NCBI GenBank assembly: GCA_965249575.1
Contig: OZ252244.1
Location: 288,001-352,000 of the forward strand
Reading direction: 5' to 3'
DNA length: 64,000 nt
Origin: Gemmatimonadales bacterium
GTDB taxonomy: Bacteria > Gemmatimonadota > Gemmatimonadetes > Gemmatimonadales > GWC2-71-9
Shown here: positions 20,236-29,755 of the stretch, one piece after another
Position numbering within the stretch: position 1 is the stretch's first letter
How the letters are laid out: every line of letters begins with the position of its first letter
Notes under the pieces: model-generated
The model's database searches: none
What the model was told of the DNA's origin: nothing
What the model saw: the letters and a program-made list of their open reading frames with translations, nothing else
Translations under genes and position numbers: made by a program

Positions 20236-21068
20236 AATCCCTGGGTCTCCAACCATGCGCGGGCCACTCCGGTCGCCTTTTCCGCGAGAATCGCCATCCG
20301 GCCCGAGGGCACCCCCCGGTCACGCGCGAGCAGCAACAGTGATCCGGCCGTCGGCTGCGTGAGGAACACATTGCCGTTGGCGCCCTCGGCAACCATCCAC
20401 TCCCACTGGCCCAGCTCAAGTAATCGGGTCGTACGGTCGACTTCTTGTGACACCCCACCGAGATGAGCCGCTACCTCGTCGCTCACGGGCGCTTGGGAAT
20501 CGTCGCGCAACTCGCCGCCCAGGACGCGTCCGCGCACGTCCGCCAAGAGCAGGCCATGCGAGGCTCCCTCCAGGCCCGCGAACAGGGTGGCCCCGTCGGC
20601 CCGTGGCGTCGCGCCCTCACCCGTATCGGACTGCACCAATGCATCCGCCACTTCAGCTGGGACGCCCTCAGCCGCCTCCCGCACCATAGTCAGCGCCTGC
20701 ACCACGCTCTTGTCCGTCGGGTCCGCGGCGAGTGCCAGCTCGAGGTGGTCCAGTGCTCCGTCGATGTCGCTCTTGCGGTAGTGCAGAAAGCCCAGGCCCT
20801 TGTGCGCGCCACCATGCCGCGCGTCGAGCGACAGTGCGGCATTCCATTCCCGCTCGGCACCGTCGAAGTCCCCCGCATCCGAGAGGACTCTGGCGTAGAG
20901 ATCGTGGGCGTCCGGGAGGTGACCGTGTGTCTCCACTCCGGACAGCGCGATCTTCGCGGCGGCATCGAGCTGCCCTTTCAGCCGCAGGGCCTCGCCCAGG
21001 CGGACAAATACCAGGCTCTCCGGATCCCGCGCCAACTCGGCGGTCATCGTTCTGATGTCGTCAGCCAT
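20232..21068 (-). CDS. TPR + roadblock/LC7 fusion protein
   Basis: N-terminal TPRs (DPESLVFVRLGEALR), C-terminal GLLLADVRGRVLGG...LLLLARDRGVPSG. Confidence 0.8.
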   Translation of the reverse strand: MADDIRTMTAELARDPESLVFVRLGEALRLKGQLDAAAKIALSGVETHGHLPDAHDLYARVLSDAGDFDGAEREWNAALSLDARHGGAHKGLGFLHYRKSDIDGALDHLELALAADPTDKSVVQALTMVREAAEGVPAEVADALVQSDTGEGATPRADGATLFAGLEGASHGLLLADVRGRVLGGELRDDSQAPVSDEVAAHLGGVSQEVDRTTRLLELGQWEWMVAEGANGNVFLTQPTAGSLLLLARDRGVPSGRMAILAEKATGVARAWLETQGL

Positions 21069-22224
21069 GCGAATCCGTCAGGACGGTGGCGTCTTTCAGC
21101 ACCGCATTCAGTGTTCGCGCCGCGTCGATTGCCCGATGCACCCAGGCAACGGTCTCCTCGTCCTCCCCGGACTGCTCTGCGACCGCCAACCATCGCTGCC
21201 ACCATTCCACCGCCTCGGCAAGCTGCCCCTGTCTGACCAGCGACTCCGCGAGGAGCCGATGCGCGTCCGTCAGGAGCGGATCGACTCGGAGCGCCCTCCG
21301 CAGGCTTTCGGCACTCTCGGCCACCCGGCCGGCCGCGAGGTGGATGCGTCCCTGCAAGAAGTACAGCCCCGCGTCATGGGGGTGATTGCTCAAGCCCGCC
21401 TCCACTGTCCCGCGAGCCCCCTCGAGATCCCCCGCGTCGAGAGCGCGCTCGGCGCTTTCCAGAAGGGGCGTCAGATCGTCGCCGTCTCCCCTCCTGGCAG
21501 GTGGGCCGTCGCCCAGCGCCAGGATCCCCGCGCTCTCCAGCCCGAAGAGCGTCTTCGCGACGTCGAAGTCGGATCGTCCCAACAACGAAGCGAGCTGCCG
21601 CACGTCCCGAGCGCCATCGATCACCGCGAGCACCTCCCACTCCGGCGGCAGCAAGTCCAGTTGCCCCTCGGCACCGATCTCCGAGGCCGCCAGCGCCGGC
21701 ACCACCCCGAGATGCGGAATCTTCCGCTCGATCCGGGACCACTCGTCGATGCGACGCGCGCCTTCCATGAGGAGGGCTTCGGTCGTAATGCGCACAGTGG
21801 CATCGGCGGTGAGCGCCTCGACGGGCCCTTCAACGAAAGAAAAATAGCCTTCCCCCCAATTCATGACCTCGAAGATGACCTCCTCAATTTGAAATCTCAC
21901 CTGCCGATCCAGCTCGCGTCCCGTAATCGCGCCGATCGCGGTGAGAATCTCCCCGAGGCGGCGCGCGTCACCCCGTTGCTGCATGTCCCGAGCGCGGGTC
22001 AGATCCGCCTCGTCGATCTTACCCGCCCGGACCAGCAGGCCGCCGAGCGGATGTGGATTGCTCTGAATCTCCGCGTACTTGACGGCTCCATTGTCGAAGT
22101 ATACGCGTCCCTGGTTGCGCCGCAGTTCCGAGGTGATGCGGAGGACACCGGTCTTCCGGCTCAGATCGAGGAGCTGGAACACATCGTGAATCCCCAACTC
22201 CTTGAGAGGCCCCTCGATCGCCAT
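21061..22224 (-). CDS. DUF4388/PATAN + MshEN-like + wHTH-like + TPR protein
   Basis: GPLKELGIHDVFQLL..KTGVL, RLGEIL..G...Q, LLMEGARRIDEW, IDGARDVRQLA, TPRs. Confidence 0.85.
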   Translation of the reverse strand: MAIEGPLKELGIHDVFQLLDLSRKTGVLRITSELRRNQGRVYFDNGAVKYAEIQSNPHPLGGLLVRAGKIDEADLTRARDMQQRGDARRLGEILTAIGAITGRELDRQVRFQIEEVIFEVMNWGEGYFSFVEGPVEALTADATVRITTEALLMEGARRIDEWSRIERKIPHLGVVPALAASEIGAEGQLDLLPPEWEVLAVIDGARDVRQLASLLGRSDFDVAKTLFGLESAGILALGDGPPARRGDGDDLTPLLESAERALDAGDLEGARGTVEAGLSNHPHDAGLYFLQGRIHLAAGRVAESAESLRRALRVDPLLTDAHRLLAESLVRQGQLAEAVEWWQRWLAVAEQSGEDEETVAWVHRAIDAARTLNAVLKDATVLTDSHG

Positions 22225-22227
22225 CGC

Positions 22228-24909
22228 TCAGGCTGCCTCAGTTCGAAAGATGTTCTGAAGGTCGAACGCGGTTCGCGCATGCCGCCGTGCTTCCTGCGCA
22301 AGGGGGCTTCCCGGGTCGAGGGTCACGACACGCTCCCAGCCGGCTACCGCGTCGCGGTACTGCCCCAATCGAGCCTTCACGACCGCGGCGAAGAACAGCG
22401 CGGCGACGTCTTCTTTATCGAAGGCGAGGACGCGCTCGAACGCCGCGAGCGCCTGCTTGAGTCGACCATCGTCGAGTAGCCCGTGTCCAAGGATCAGGAG
22501 CGCGTCGAGATCTGACGGATCCGACGCCAGCGCATCGGCCAGGAGGTTCACGGCGGCCCGTGGGCGGCCGGTGCGGCGATAGAGCTTCCCGAGTGCGTGG
22601 ACGGCCTCACAATACTGGGGCAGCGTGTCGAGGGCGGTCACGTACGACCGCTCGGCGGCGTCGTCGTCACTGCGGGTCTCGTGCAACGCGCCGAGATCCA
22701 CCCACACCTGAATCAACCGCGGGTCCAAATGCAACGCGGATTCGTACGCTTCTCGCGCGCGCTCCAGGTCACCCAACCCCACCAGTATGTCTCCCTCGAG
22801 CTTCAGGAGATCCGCCCGCTGGGGTGCGCGACTCCGAGCCGCGGCGAGCGCATTCAGGGCGCCGGCCGGATCACTCGCGGCGAGTCGAGCACGAGCCAGC
22901 GTCACCGCGGCATCGACGTCGTCGGGCTCCTCTTCCGCGAGGACCTGCGCTTCGACGATAGCTTCCGAACCACGCCCCAGAGCGACGAGAGCCCGCACCT
23001 CGCCAAGCCGGGCCCCGCGCCGTCCGGCGTCGATCGCTCGCGCCGCCCGATAACGTTCCAGCGCTTCGCCGTGGAGGCCGCGGCGAGTGAAGATTTCCCC
23101 CGCGATGAGATGGGCTTCCACCTGATCCCCGCCCCGGCTCAGGGCGCGGCTGTTTTCGGCGGCCGCGAGCTCCAAAAGACCTTTCGCGATGTAGTCGCGT
23201 GCGAGCGCGTACGGATCTTCCAGCCGCGGCGCCTCGTGCCGTGCGCTCGGGCGATCGAGCTCCTCGAACAGCTGATCGACAATGCCCTGATCGAACGCAA
23301 TACTCTGGCCCACGACATCGGTCGCGACATCCGCGGAGATATCGGGAACTACCGCGATGGTCGGATCTTCATACTGGAGGTCGATGGCCAGTCGGAATTT
23401 CTGGGGCACGTAATAGGGGTCGAGCGTCTGCGCGCGCGTCACCTCCCGCAGCGCGGCATCGTACTCTCCCAGCGTGGACAGTGCGAAGCTCAAGTTGTAG
23501 TGCGCTTCGGCGGATTCAGGATCGCTCTCGACCGCGCGGGCAAAGGCATTGCGAGCGTCGGCCGATCTCCCCAACTCAAGGAGGACGAGTCCGATTCCGT
23601 TCCACGCTGGAGCTGACACGCTGGCCGTTTCCACCACCTGCCGATAGGCCTGCAGGGCGAGCTGGTATCGCCTCAGCCTGAGCAGCAGCAGCCCGAGATT
23701 GAGGCGCGGGGTTGGGAGCTCCGGCGCGACTCGCAACCCGTCGCGAAACGTATCGAGCGCCTCATCGTTCTGTCCCCGGTGCGCCAACGCAACCGCAAGA
23801 TTGTTAAGCGCGAGCCCGTAAGTCGGAGAGATCTCCAGGGCCTTGCAGTAGGATCCGATCGCTTCGTCGGGGTTGCCGAGTTGGTGGAGCACCACGCCAC
23901 GCTCGTTCCAGAGCTTGGGCGAGTTCGCGTCGTCTTGTACGAGGCGCTCGTAAAGCTCCAGCGCCGCGACGTGGTCCCGCTTCAGCAGGTGCACCTCGGC
24001 CATCGCCTGAAGGACGAGGAGACGGTCCTCCCCGTGATCCAGCGCAAGCCGGTATTCCCGCAGCGATTCGTTGTAGTAGCCCCGCTGCCGGAACGCCAAC
24101 CCGAGGTTGAAGTGCGCGAGCGCCTCGCCCTCTGCCACTTGGAGCTGCGGGTTCGCCGCGAGCCCCGCACTCCTCCGTCCGCCGGCGTAGCGCTCGAGCG
24201 ACAGATTGGTTTGCGCGCGAGCGAAGGTGGGGTTCAGCGTGACCGCGCGTTTGGCTGCCGCCCGGGCCTCCTCATGCCGGCCGACATCGCCGAGGACGAA
24301 GGCCGTGATGTAGAGTGCGTCCGCGTTGTCGGGGTTGAGCGCGGTAGCGCGGGTGAGCGACGCCAAGGCGTCGGCATTCAGGCCCCGATTGTAAAGCACC
24401 TCGCCGAGGTAAAAATGCAGCACGCTGCTGTCGGGCTCGAGCTCCGAGGCCCGCGAAAACCATTCGGTAGCCTCCGAGAGGTTGCCCCGACTTTTTTCGG
24501 CGAGCCCGAGCTGGGTCAGCGCTGCGACGTCCTCGGGGTCGCGGGCGATGAGCGCTTCGAATTCGCTCGCCGCCGCGTCGTGCTGACCGAGTGAGGCATA
24601 CGTGCGTCCGAGCTCCCATCGCGCTTCACGATCATCGGGTGCGACCCGCAGTCGTTCATGAAGCTCCGCGACCAGGCGGTCATAGTGCCCCGTGTGCCGG
24701 TAAGCGATTTCCAAATTCCGCTGTGCTACCAGCATCTTTGGATCGAGCTCCAGGGCCCGGGTAAAGGCGCCAATCGCCTCGTCGATCAGCCATTTCTGGT
24801 AGTAGAGCACACCGAGATTGTTGTGCGCGCCCGGATCGGTCGCGTCGATACGATTGGCGAATGATCTCAGGACCGCGTGGTCCTGTTCGGACAGCACCGG
24901 AGGAGGCAC
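22228..24909 (-). CDS. Large multi-TPR scaffold protein
   Basis: Many TPRs (AHNNLGVLY, AHFNLGLAF, AWNGIGLVL, AHYNLSFAL); start placed just after the cheC stop. Confidence 0.88.
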   Translation of the reverse strand: MPPPVLSEQDHAVLRSFANRIDATDPGAHNNLGVLYYQKWLIDEAIGAFTRALELDPKMLVAQRNLEIAYRHTGHYDRLVAELHERLRVAPDDREARWELGRTYASLGQHDAAASEFEALIARDPEDVAALTQLGLAEKSRGNLSEATEWFSRASELEPDSSVLHFYLGEVLYNRGLNADALASLTRATALNPDNADALYITAFVLGDVGRHEEARAAAKRAVTLNPTFARAQTNLSLERYAGGRRSAGLAANPQLQVAEGEALAHFNLGLAFRQRGYYNESLREYRLALDHGEDRLLVLQAMAEVHLLKRDHVAALELYERLVQDDANSPKLWNERGVVLHQLGNPDEAIGSYCKALEISPTYGLALNNLAVALAHRGQNDEALDTFRDGLRVAPELPTPRLNLGLLLLRLRRYQLALQAYRQVVETASVSAPAWNGIGLVLLELGRSADARNAFARAVESDPESAEAHYNLSFALSTLGEYDAALREVTRAQTLDPYYVPQKFRLAIDLQYEDPTIAVVPDISADVATDVVGQSIAFDQGIVDQLFEELDRPSARHEAPRLEDPYALARDYIAKGLLELAAAENSRALSRGGDQVEAHLIAGEIFTRRGLHGEALERYRAARAIDAGRRGARLGEVRALVALGRGSEAIVEAQVLAEEEPDDVDAAVTLARARLAASDPAGALNALAAARSRAPQRADLLKLEGDILVGLGDLERAREAYESALHLDPRLIQVWVDLGALHETRSDDDAAERSYVTALDTLPQYCEAVHALGKLYRRTGRPRAAVNLLADALASDPSDLDALLILGHGLLDDGRLKQALAAFERVLAFDKEDVAALFFAAVVKARLGQYRDAVAGWERVVTLDPGSPLAQEARRHARTAFDLQNIFRTEAA

Positions 24910-24914
24910 GCTGC

Positions 24915-25535
24915 CTAGCTCAGTCGGATGGCATCGAAGATGGCCTTGAGGGAGGCCAGGTCCGGCAGGAGGAGGAATTGGCCGCACAGCTCCCGCCCGT
25001 CGCCCTCGAAGCGAAAATGGGTTTCGACACAAAAGGCGAGATCACGATCGTGGCCGAAGTTGAGGTACACCGAAGTCAGCGCAGCCGCCGCGACGTCGAT
25101 CACCAGGCTCGGTACCGACGGGAGCAGCATCATTCCCATGAACTCCGAGAGGGCGTTCATGTAGGCGCCGCCCAGGATGTTTCCGGCTTCCTTCAGACTC
25201 GACTGCTCCAGCTCACTGAACACACTCGTCGCGCCCGGCGACCGACGTAGCAAACGATCGCACAGCTGCATGGCGTCGGATTCCGGGACGATGAGTAGCG
25301 TCCGCCCGGTAAGATCCCCGAGCATGTGCATTAAGACCGCGGCGACGACGGCGTTTGGATCTTGCAACAAATCAGGGACGCTCTCTACTTGCGCCGCCGT
25401 GATCTTGGGCACGCTTATCATGATCCGGCTCTCTGTCATCTGGGACAACGCGGTCGCTGCGTGCCCGGCGCCGATGTTCGCGACTTCCTTTAGCGCGTCG
25501 AGCTGACGCGCCTCGAGCTGAAACGGCTCGCTCAT
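24915..25535 (-). CDS. cheC: CheY-P phosphatase CheC
   Basis: Two ExxN motifs (LKEVANIGAGHAATALS; LKEAGNILGGAYMNALS), SVP, FLLLPD. Confidence 0.95.
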   Translation of the reverse strand: MSEPFQLEARQLDALKEVANIGAGHAATALSQMTESRIMISVPKITAAQVESVPDLLQDPNAVVAAVLMHMLGDLTGRTLLIVPESDAMQLCDRLLRRSPGATSVFSELEQSSLKEAGNILGGAYMNALSEFMGMMLLPSVPSLVIDVAAAALTSVYLNFGHDRDLAFCVETHFRFEGDGRELCGQFLLLPDLASLKAIFDAIRLS

Positions 25536-25545
25536 CCGTCCCCCC

Positions 25546-27411
25546 CTACACCAGCCCGCCGGCGTCCAGAATCAGCACCGGCCGTCCGTGTCCGAGAATC
25601 GAGGCCCCAGTGAATACCGGTAGCGTGCCCTTGGGTGGGTCGAAGGGCCGCACGACAATCTCCTGCTGCCCGATCATGGCATCGACGACGACACCGGTGC
25701 GGCGTTCCCCAAGCTCGAGGATCACCACCGGGCCCGGCGCCGGTGGCTCCCCTGGGACCTCGAGCAGCCGACGGAGGTGCACCAAAGGAACCACATGGTC
25801 GCGGAAGCGCAGGGCCTCGGCACCATCGACCCGGCTGACGGACTCCTTGTGGTACGCGATCGTCTCGGCCACGTGAGCCAGGGGCAGCGCGTACTCCTCT
25901 TCCCCGACCCGTGCAAGCAACGCCGGCACGATCGCAAGCGTCGGCGGCATCCGCAGCGTGAAGGTTGTTCCGGTACCGACGTCGCTCTGCACCTCCACCG
26001 ACCCGCCCAGCCCGCGCATCCGGGTAGCGACAATGTCGATCCCCACCCCCCGTCCCGACACGTCCGAGACGGCCTCCGCCGTGGTGAATCCCGGCCTGGC
26101 CAGGATTCGAAGCACGACGTCGTCGCCGACCCACTCGTCTTCTCCCACGAGGCCCCGTTCGCGGGCTTCCGCCAGGACCTTTGCCTTGTCGATCCCCCGG
26201 CCGTCGTCCGAGACGATGATGACCACGGCAGCCCGTTCCCGGAGGGCCGTGAGCACGATCCGTCCCCCGCGCGGCTTCCCAGCCGCGGCGCGTGTCTCCG
26301 GGTCTTCGATACCATGGTCGATCGCGTTGCGCAGAAGGTGTACGAGCGGATCGCCGATCTCATCGAGAATGGCGCGGTCGAGTTCGATGTCCTTCCCCTC
26401 GACCTGGAACGTGACTTGCTTTCCGAGCCGCACGGCCATGTCCCGCACCAGTCGGGGGAATCGGTCGAACACCTGCCAAACCGGAGTCATGCGGGCTTCG
26501 ATGATCTCGGCTTGTAGATTCCGGCTGAGTTGCGACAGTCGAACGACGGCTTCATCGAGCTCGGGCACGTCGAGTCTGCCGGCGAGTTCGGCCATGCGTT
26601 CCCGTTCCGTGACCAGCTCGCCGATCGAATTCATGAGTGAGTCCAGACGCCGGAGATCGACCCGGATGTTGCGCGCGCGACCGCCGCTCGCTTCGGGCCG
26701 GTTCGCGGCAGCATCGCCCGCATCGATCACGACCTCGCCCACGTCACCGGCGGCGCGGATCTCCCGCTCGATGACCTCGGGGTCGGCCTCGCTCTCGAGT
26801 ATCACGGTCAGCTGGCCGTCGAAGTCGTCGCTCTCGAACGCCGACGGCGCGGGGTTCACGGAGCGGACCTGACCGACCAATTCCAACCGCCGAAGCACGA
26901 CGAGTGCCCGCGCGCCCCTAAGCGCCGCGTCGGGGGAAATCCCGATGCGGACTCGCAACCCTACCGCGTCAGGCGGCCCCGCCTCCCGCGGTCGAGGGCG
27001 TTTGGCGGACTTCCGGGCGGCCTTTTTCTTGCCGACGCCGGCCGCCTTGTCGAGTTGACGAGAGACCTTGGCCACATTGGGATCCGGCTGCTTCCCTTCG
27101 ACGGCCGCTTCGATTGCGTGTTCCAGAGTATCGGCGGCGCGGAACAGGACCTCCAACGTCGCGTCGGTAACGGGCCTGGCTCCCTTGCGGAGCAGGTCGA
27201 GCAGGTTCTCCGCCCGATGCGCGAGGTCACCCACTTGGGTGTACCCCATCGTGTGCGCCATCCCCTTCAGGGTGTGCATTGCGCGGAAGATCTCGGTGAG
27301 CGGCTCGCGACTCGCGGGATCGCGCTCCCACTCGAGGAGTCGCTGGTTCACGGCACTGAGGTGCTCGCGGCTCTCTGCTAGGAAGAGATCCGCGTATTGC
27401 GACGCATCCAT
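25546..27411 (-). CDS. cheA: Chemotaxis histidine kinase CheA
   Basis: HPt (FRAMHTLKG), P2, dimerisation, HLLRNAIDHG, DDGRG, SGRGVG, CheW domain; start at MDASQY. Confidence 0.97.
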   Translation of the reverse strand: MDASQYADLFLAESREHLSAVNQRLLEWERDPASREPLTEIFRAMHTLKGMAHTMGYTQVGDLAHRAENLLDLLRKGARPVTDATLEVLFRAADTLEHAIEAAVEGKQPDPNVAKVSRQLDKAAGVGKKKAARKSAKRPRPREAGPPDAVGLRVRIGISPDAALRGARALVVLRRLELVGQVRSVNPAPSAFESDDFDGQLTVILESEADPEVIEREIRAAGDVGEVVIDAGDAAANRPEASGGRARNIRVDLRRLDSLMNSIGELVTERERMAELAGRLDVPELDEAVVRLSQLSRNLQAEIIEARMTPVWQVFDRFPRLVRDMAVRLGKQVTFQVEGKDIELDRAILDEIGDPLVHLLRNAIDHGIEDPETRAAAGKPRGGRIVLTALRERAAVVIIVSDDGRGIDKAKVLAEARERGLVGEDEWVGDDVVLRILARPGFTTAEAVSDVSGRGVGIDIVATRMRGLGGSVEVQSDVGTGTTFTLRMPPTLAIVPALLARVGEEEYALPLAHVAETIAYHKESVSRVDGAEALRFRDHVVPLVHLRRLLEVPGEPPAPGPVVILELGERRTGVVVDAMIGQQEIVVRPFDPPKGTLPVFTGASILGHGRPVLILDAGGLV

Positions 27412-27413
27412 GC

Positions 27414-27776
27414 CTACGCCAGCACTCTCTCGACGGCCTCGAGCACCCGTGACGGCTGGAACGGTTTCACGACGAAGTCCCGGGCACCGGCCTGGATTGC
27501 CTCGACAACGAGCGCCTGCTGCCCCATCGCGCTGCACATGAGGATCCGCGCATTGGGATCCTCCTTGACGATTTCCCGGACGGCATCGATCCCACCCATG
27601 TCGGGCATGACGATGTCCATGGTAACGAGATCTGGCTTCAGCTGTCGGAACCGTTCGACCGCCTGCACGCCGGTCTCGGCTTCGCCGACCACCTCGAAGC
27701 CGGCCTGCGACAGGATATCGCCGATCATGGTTCGCATGAAGATCGCATCGTCGCAGACGAGTACTGTGTGGCTCAC
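27414..27776 (-). CDS. cheY: Response regulator CheY
   Basis: VCDDAIFMR, DIVMP, CSAMGQ, VKPF. Confidence 0.96.
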   Translation of the reverse strand: MSHTVLVCDDAIFMRTMIGDILSQAGFEVVGEAETGVQAVERFRQLKPDLVTMDIVMPDMGGIDAVREIVKEDPNARILMCSAMGQQALVVEAIQAGARDFVVKPFQPSRVLEAVERVLA

Positions 27777-27784
27777 ATCCCCCC

Positions 27785-28219
27785 CTACGGAATCAGAATC
27801 GGACCGAGGACGGCGTCGAGATCGAGGAGCACGAACGACGCGTCCCCGTGATGACCCACTGCGCGCACGAGCGCGGAATCAACACCCGGCAAGTCCCGTT
27901 GCTCGGCCATCTCCCCGACGTCAACGTCGATCAGATCCAGCACCTCGTCGACCAGCAGCCCCACCTGCTTCGAGCCAACATCCAGCAGGATGATACTCCC
28001 CGACCGGTCGGACCGAGAACCGCCGAAGATCCGGCGACCGTCAACCAGGGTGACCAGAGATCCCCGGACGTTGATAAGGCCGACCACCTCAGGCGGCGCG
28101 CCCGGCACGCGGGTCGCCGCCTGCGGGGAGAGGATTTCACGCACCGCCCCGACCTCGGCACCGCAGGCCAGACCGGCCACCTCGAAGACCAGGAGTCTGA
28201 GCCTGGTAGAATCGGCCAT
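27785..28219 (-). CDS. cheW: Chemotaxis adaptor CheW
   Basis: VPGAPPEVVGLINVRG, GLLVDEV; ATG 1 nt after the rluD stop. Confidence 0.92.
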   Translation of the reverse strand: MADSTRLRLLVFEVAGLACGAEVGAVREILSPQAATRVPGAPPEVVGLINVRGSLVTLVDGRRIFGGSRSDRSGSIILLDVGSKQVGLLVDEVLDLIDVDVGEMAEQRDLPGVDSALVRAVGHHGDASFVLLDLDAVLGPILIP

Positions 28220-28220
28220 C

Positions 28221-29219
28221 TTATTTAAACAGGCCAAGGTAGTCCAGCACGTTGAGCCGAGCAAGCAGTGCCGGATCCCCGCTCACCAGCGCGAGAACCG
28301 CGCGCAGATCGGCCGGACAATCCGAGTGGAATTCAAGCCATTCCCTCGATTCCGGATGAGCGAACGCCAATCTGGCAGCATGGAGCACCTGCCGAGGCGC
28401 CAGCTTGGCAACCTCGGTGGCGTGGGTTCGATCGGGCCCGCTCACGCCCCGGTGACCTCCACCTCCGTAAACCGGGTCACCGACGACCGGGTGGCCGATG
28501 GCTGAGAGGTGGACGCGGATTTGGTGGGTCCGGCCGGTCTCGAGGGTCACGCGCACGAGGTCACAGGTCCTGTAACGGGCGACCGGCTCGACTCGTGTGC
28601 TGGCTCTCCGACCCGTTGCTGAGACCGTCATGCGTTTCCGTTCTTTCGGATGGCGGCTGATAGGCCGGTCGATATCCATCACTGCGGAGATGTGGCCCCA
28701 GACCAATGCGACGTACCGTCTCTCAATCCGCCGCAATGACAGGGCGCTCGCGAGGCGCCGATGCGCACGGTCGGTCTTCGCTACGATGAGGAGGCCCGAA
28801 GTGTCTTTGTCCAGGCGGTGGACGATTCCCGGCCGGCCCGACGTGCCGGCCGACATGGGTGTTCCCCGCGCGGCGAGCGCATTGAGTAAGGTATCGCCCC
28901 AGTGCCCCGGGGCCGGATGAACGACCAGCCCCGCGGGCTTATCGACCACGAGCAGCGCGTCGTCTTCGTAAACGACCGATATCGGGATATCGTAGGGTTC
29001 GATGTGCTTCGGGGGCGCTTCATCGGGGATCGACACCTGGACGGTGTCGCCTCGGGCCAGCGTTTGCGAGGGGCGCGCCGCGACCCGGTTTACCCGAACG
29101 CGCCCGTCAGCCACCAGGCGCGCCACCTGGGTGCGGGAGATCGCGAGTTGATCGGCAAGGAAGCGGTCGAGACGCTCCGTGTCGTGAACCGAGACCTGGA
29201 AAATCGAGACGAGGGGCAC
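28221..29219 (-). CDS. rluD: RluA/RluD-family pseudouridine synthase
   Basis: S4 domain (RLDRFLA), DKPAGLVVHP, HRLDKDTSG, TGRTHQIRVH. Confidence 0.93.
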   Translation of the reverse strand: MPLVSIFQVSVHDTERLDRFLADQLAISRTQVARLVADGRVRVNRVAARPSQTLARGDTVQVSIPDEAPPKHIEPYDIPISVVYEDDALLVVDKPAGLVVHPAPGHWGDTLLNALAARGTPMSAGTSGRPGIVHRLDKDTSGLLIVAKTDRAHRRLASALSLRRIERRYVALVWGHISAVMDIDRPISRHPKERKRMTVSATGRRASTRVEPVARYRTCDLVRVTLETGRTHQIRVHLSAIGHPVVGDPVYGGGGHRGVSGPDRTHATEVAKLAPRQVLHAARLAFAHPESREWLEFHSDCPADLRAVLALVSGDPALLARLNVLDYLGLFK

Positions 29220-29233
29220 CCGCGCGGGAGTGC

Positions 29234-29755
29234 CTAGGAGATCGCGGCGGCGTTGTCCCGTTCGCGGGCGCTCAAAGACTCGTGCTGGCCCTCCCGCCAC
29301 AGGATTGCGGCCAGTAGAATGGCCCCGCACGTCACCGCCATGTCAGCGACGTTGAAGGTGGGCCAGCGCAGGGTGCCGAACCCGACGTCGATGAAGTCGA
29401 CCACCCCCCGAGGGCTGCGCAGACGATCGATCAAGTTGCCGACCGCACCTCCGCACACCAACCCAAGCGCAATCAGTCGCACAGCTTGGGCCGGGTTCGT
29501 TTGGCGAACCATCGATCCCAGCACGACCAACGCGACAAGGGCCAACACGAGAAAGACCCAGCGGGAATACTGGCCGACGTGAATTCCGAATGCGGCGCCG
29601 GGATTGTAGACGATCTGAAGCGTGACCCAATCACCCACCACCCGCACCGGAACTCGCGAGAGCGTGGCCACGGCCAGCAGCTTCGTGACGAAATCGCTCG
29701 CGACGACTCCCGAGCCGACGATCCAGAACGCCGATCGGCTACCGGCGGTTGCCAT
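29234..29755 (-). CDS. lspA: Lipoprotein signal peptidase
   Basis: NPGAAFG, GAVGNLIDR, VVDFI, FNVAD. Confidence 0.96.
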   Translation of the reverse strand: MATAGSRSAFWIVGSGVVASDFVTKLLAVATLSRVPVRVVGDWVTLQIVYNPGAAFGIHVGQYSRWVFLVLALVALVVLGSMVRQTNPAQAVRLIALGLVCGGAVGNLIDRLRSPRGVVDFIDVGFGTLRWPTFNVADMAVTCGAILLAAILWREGQHESLSARERDNAAAIS

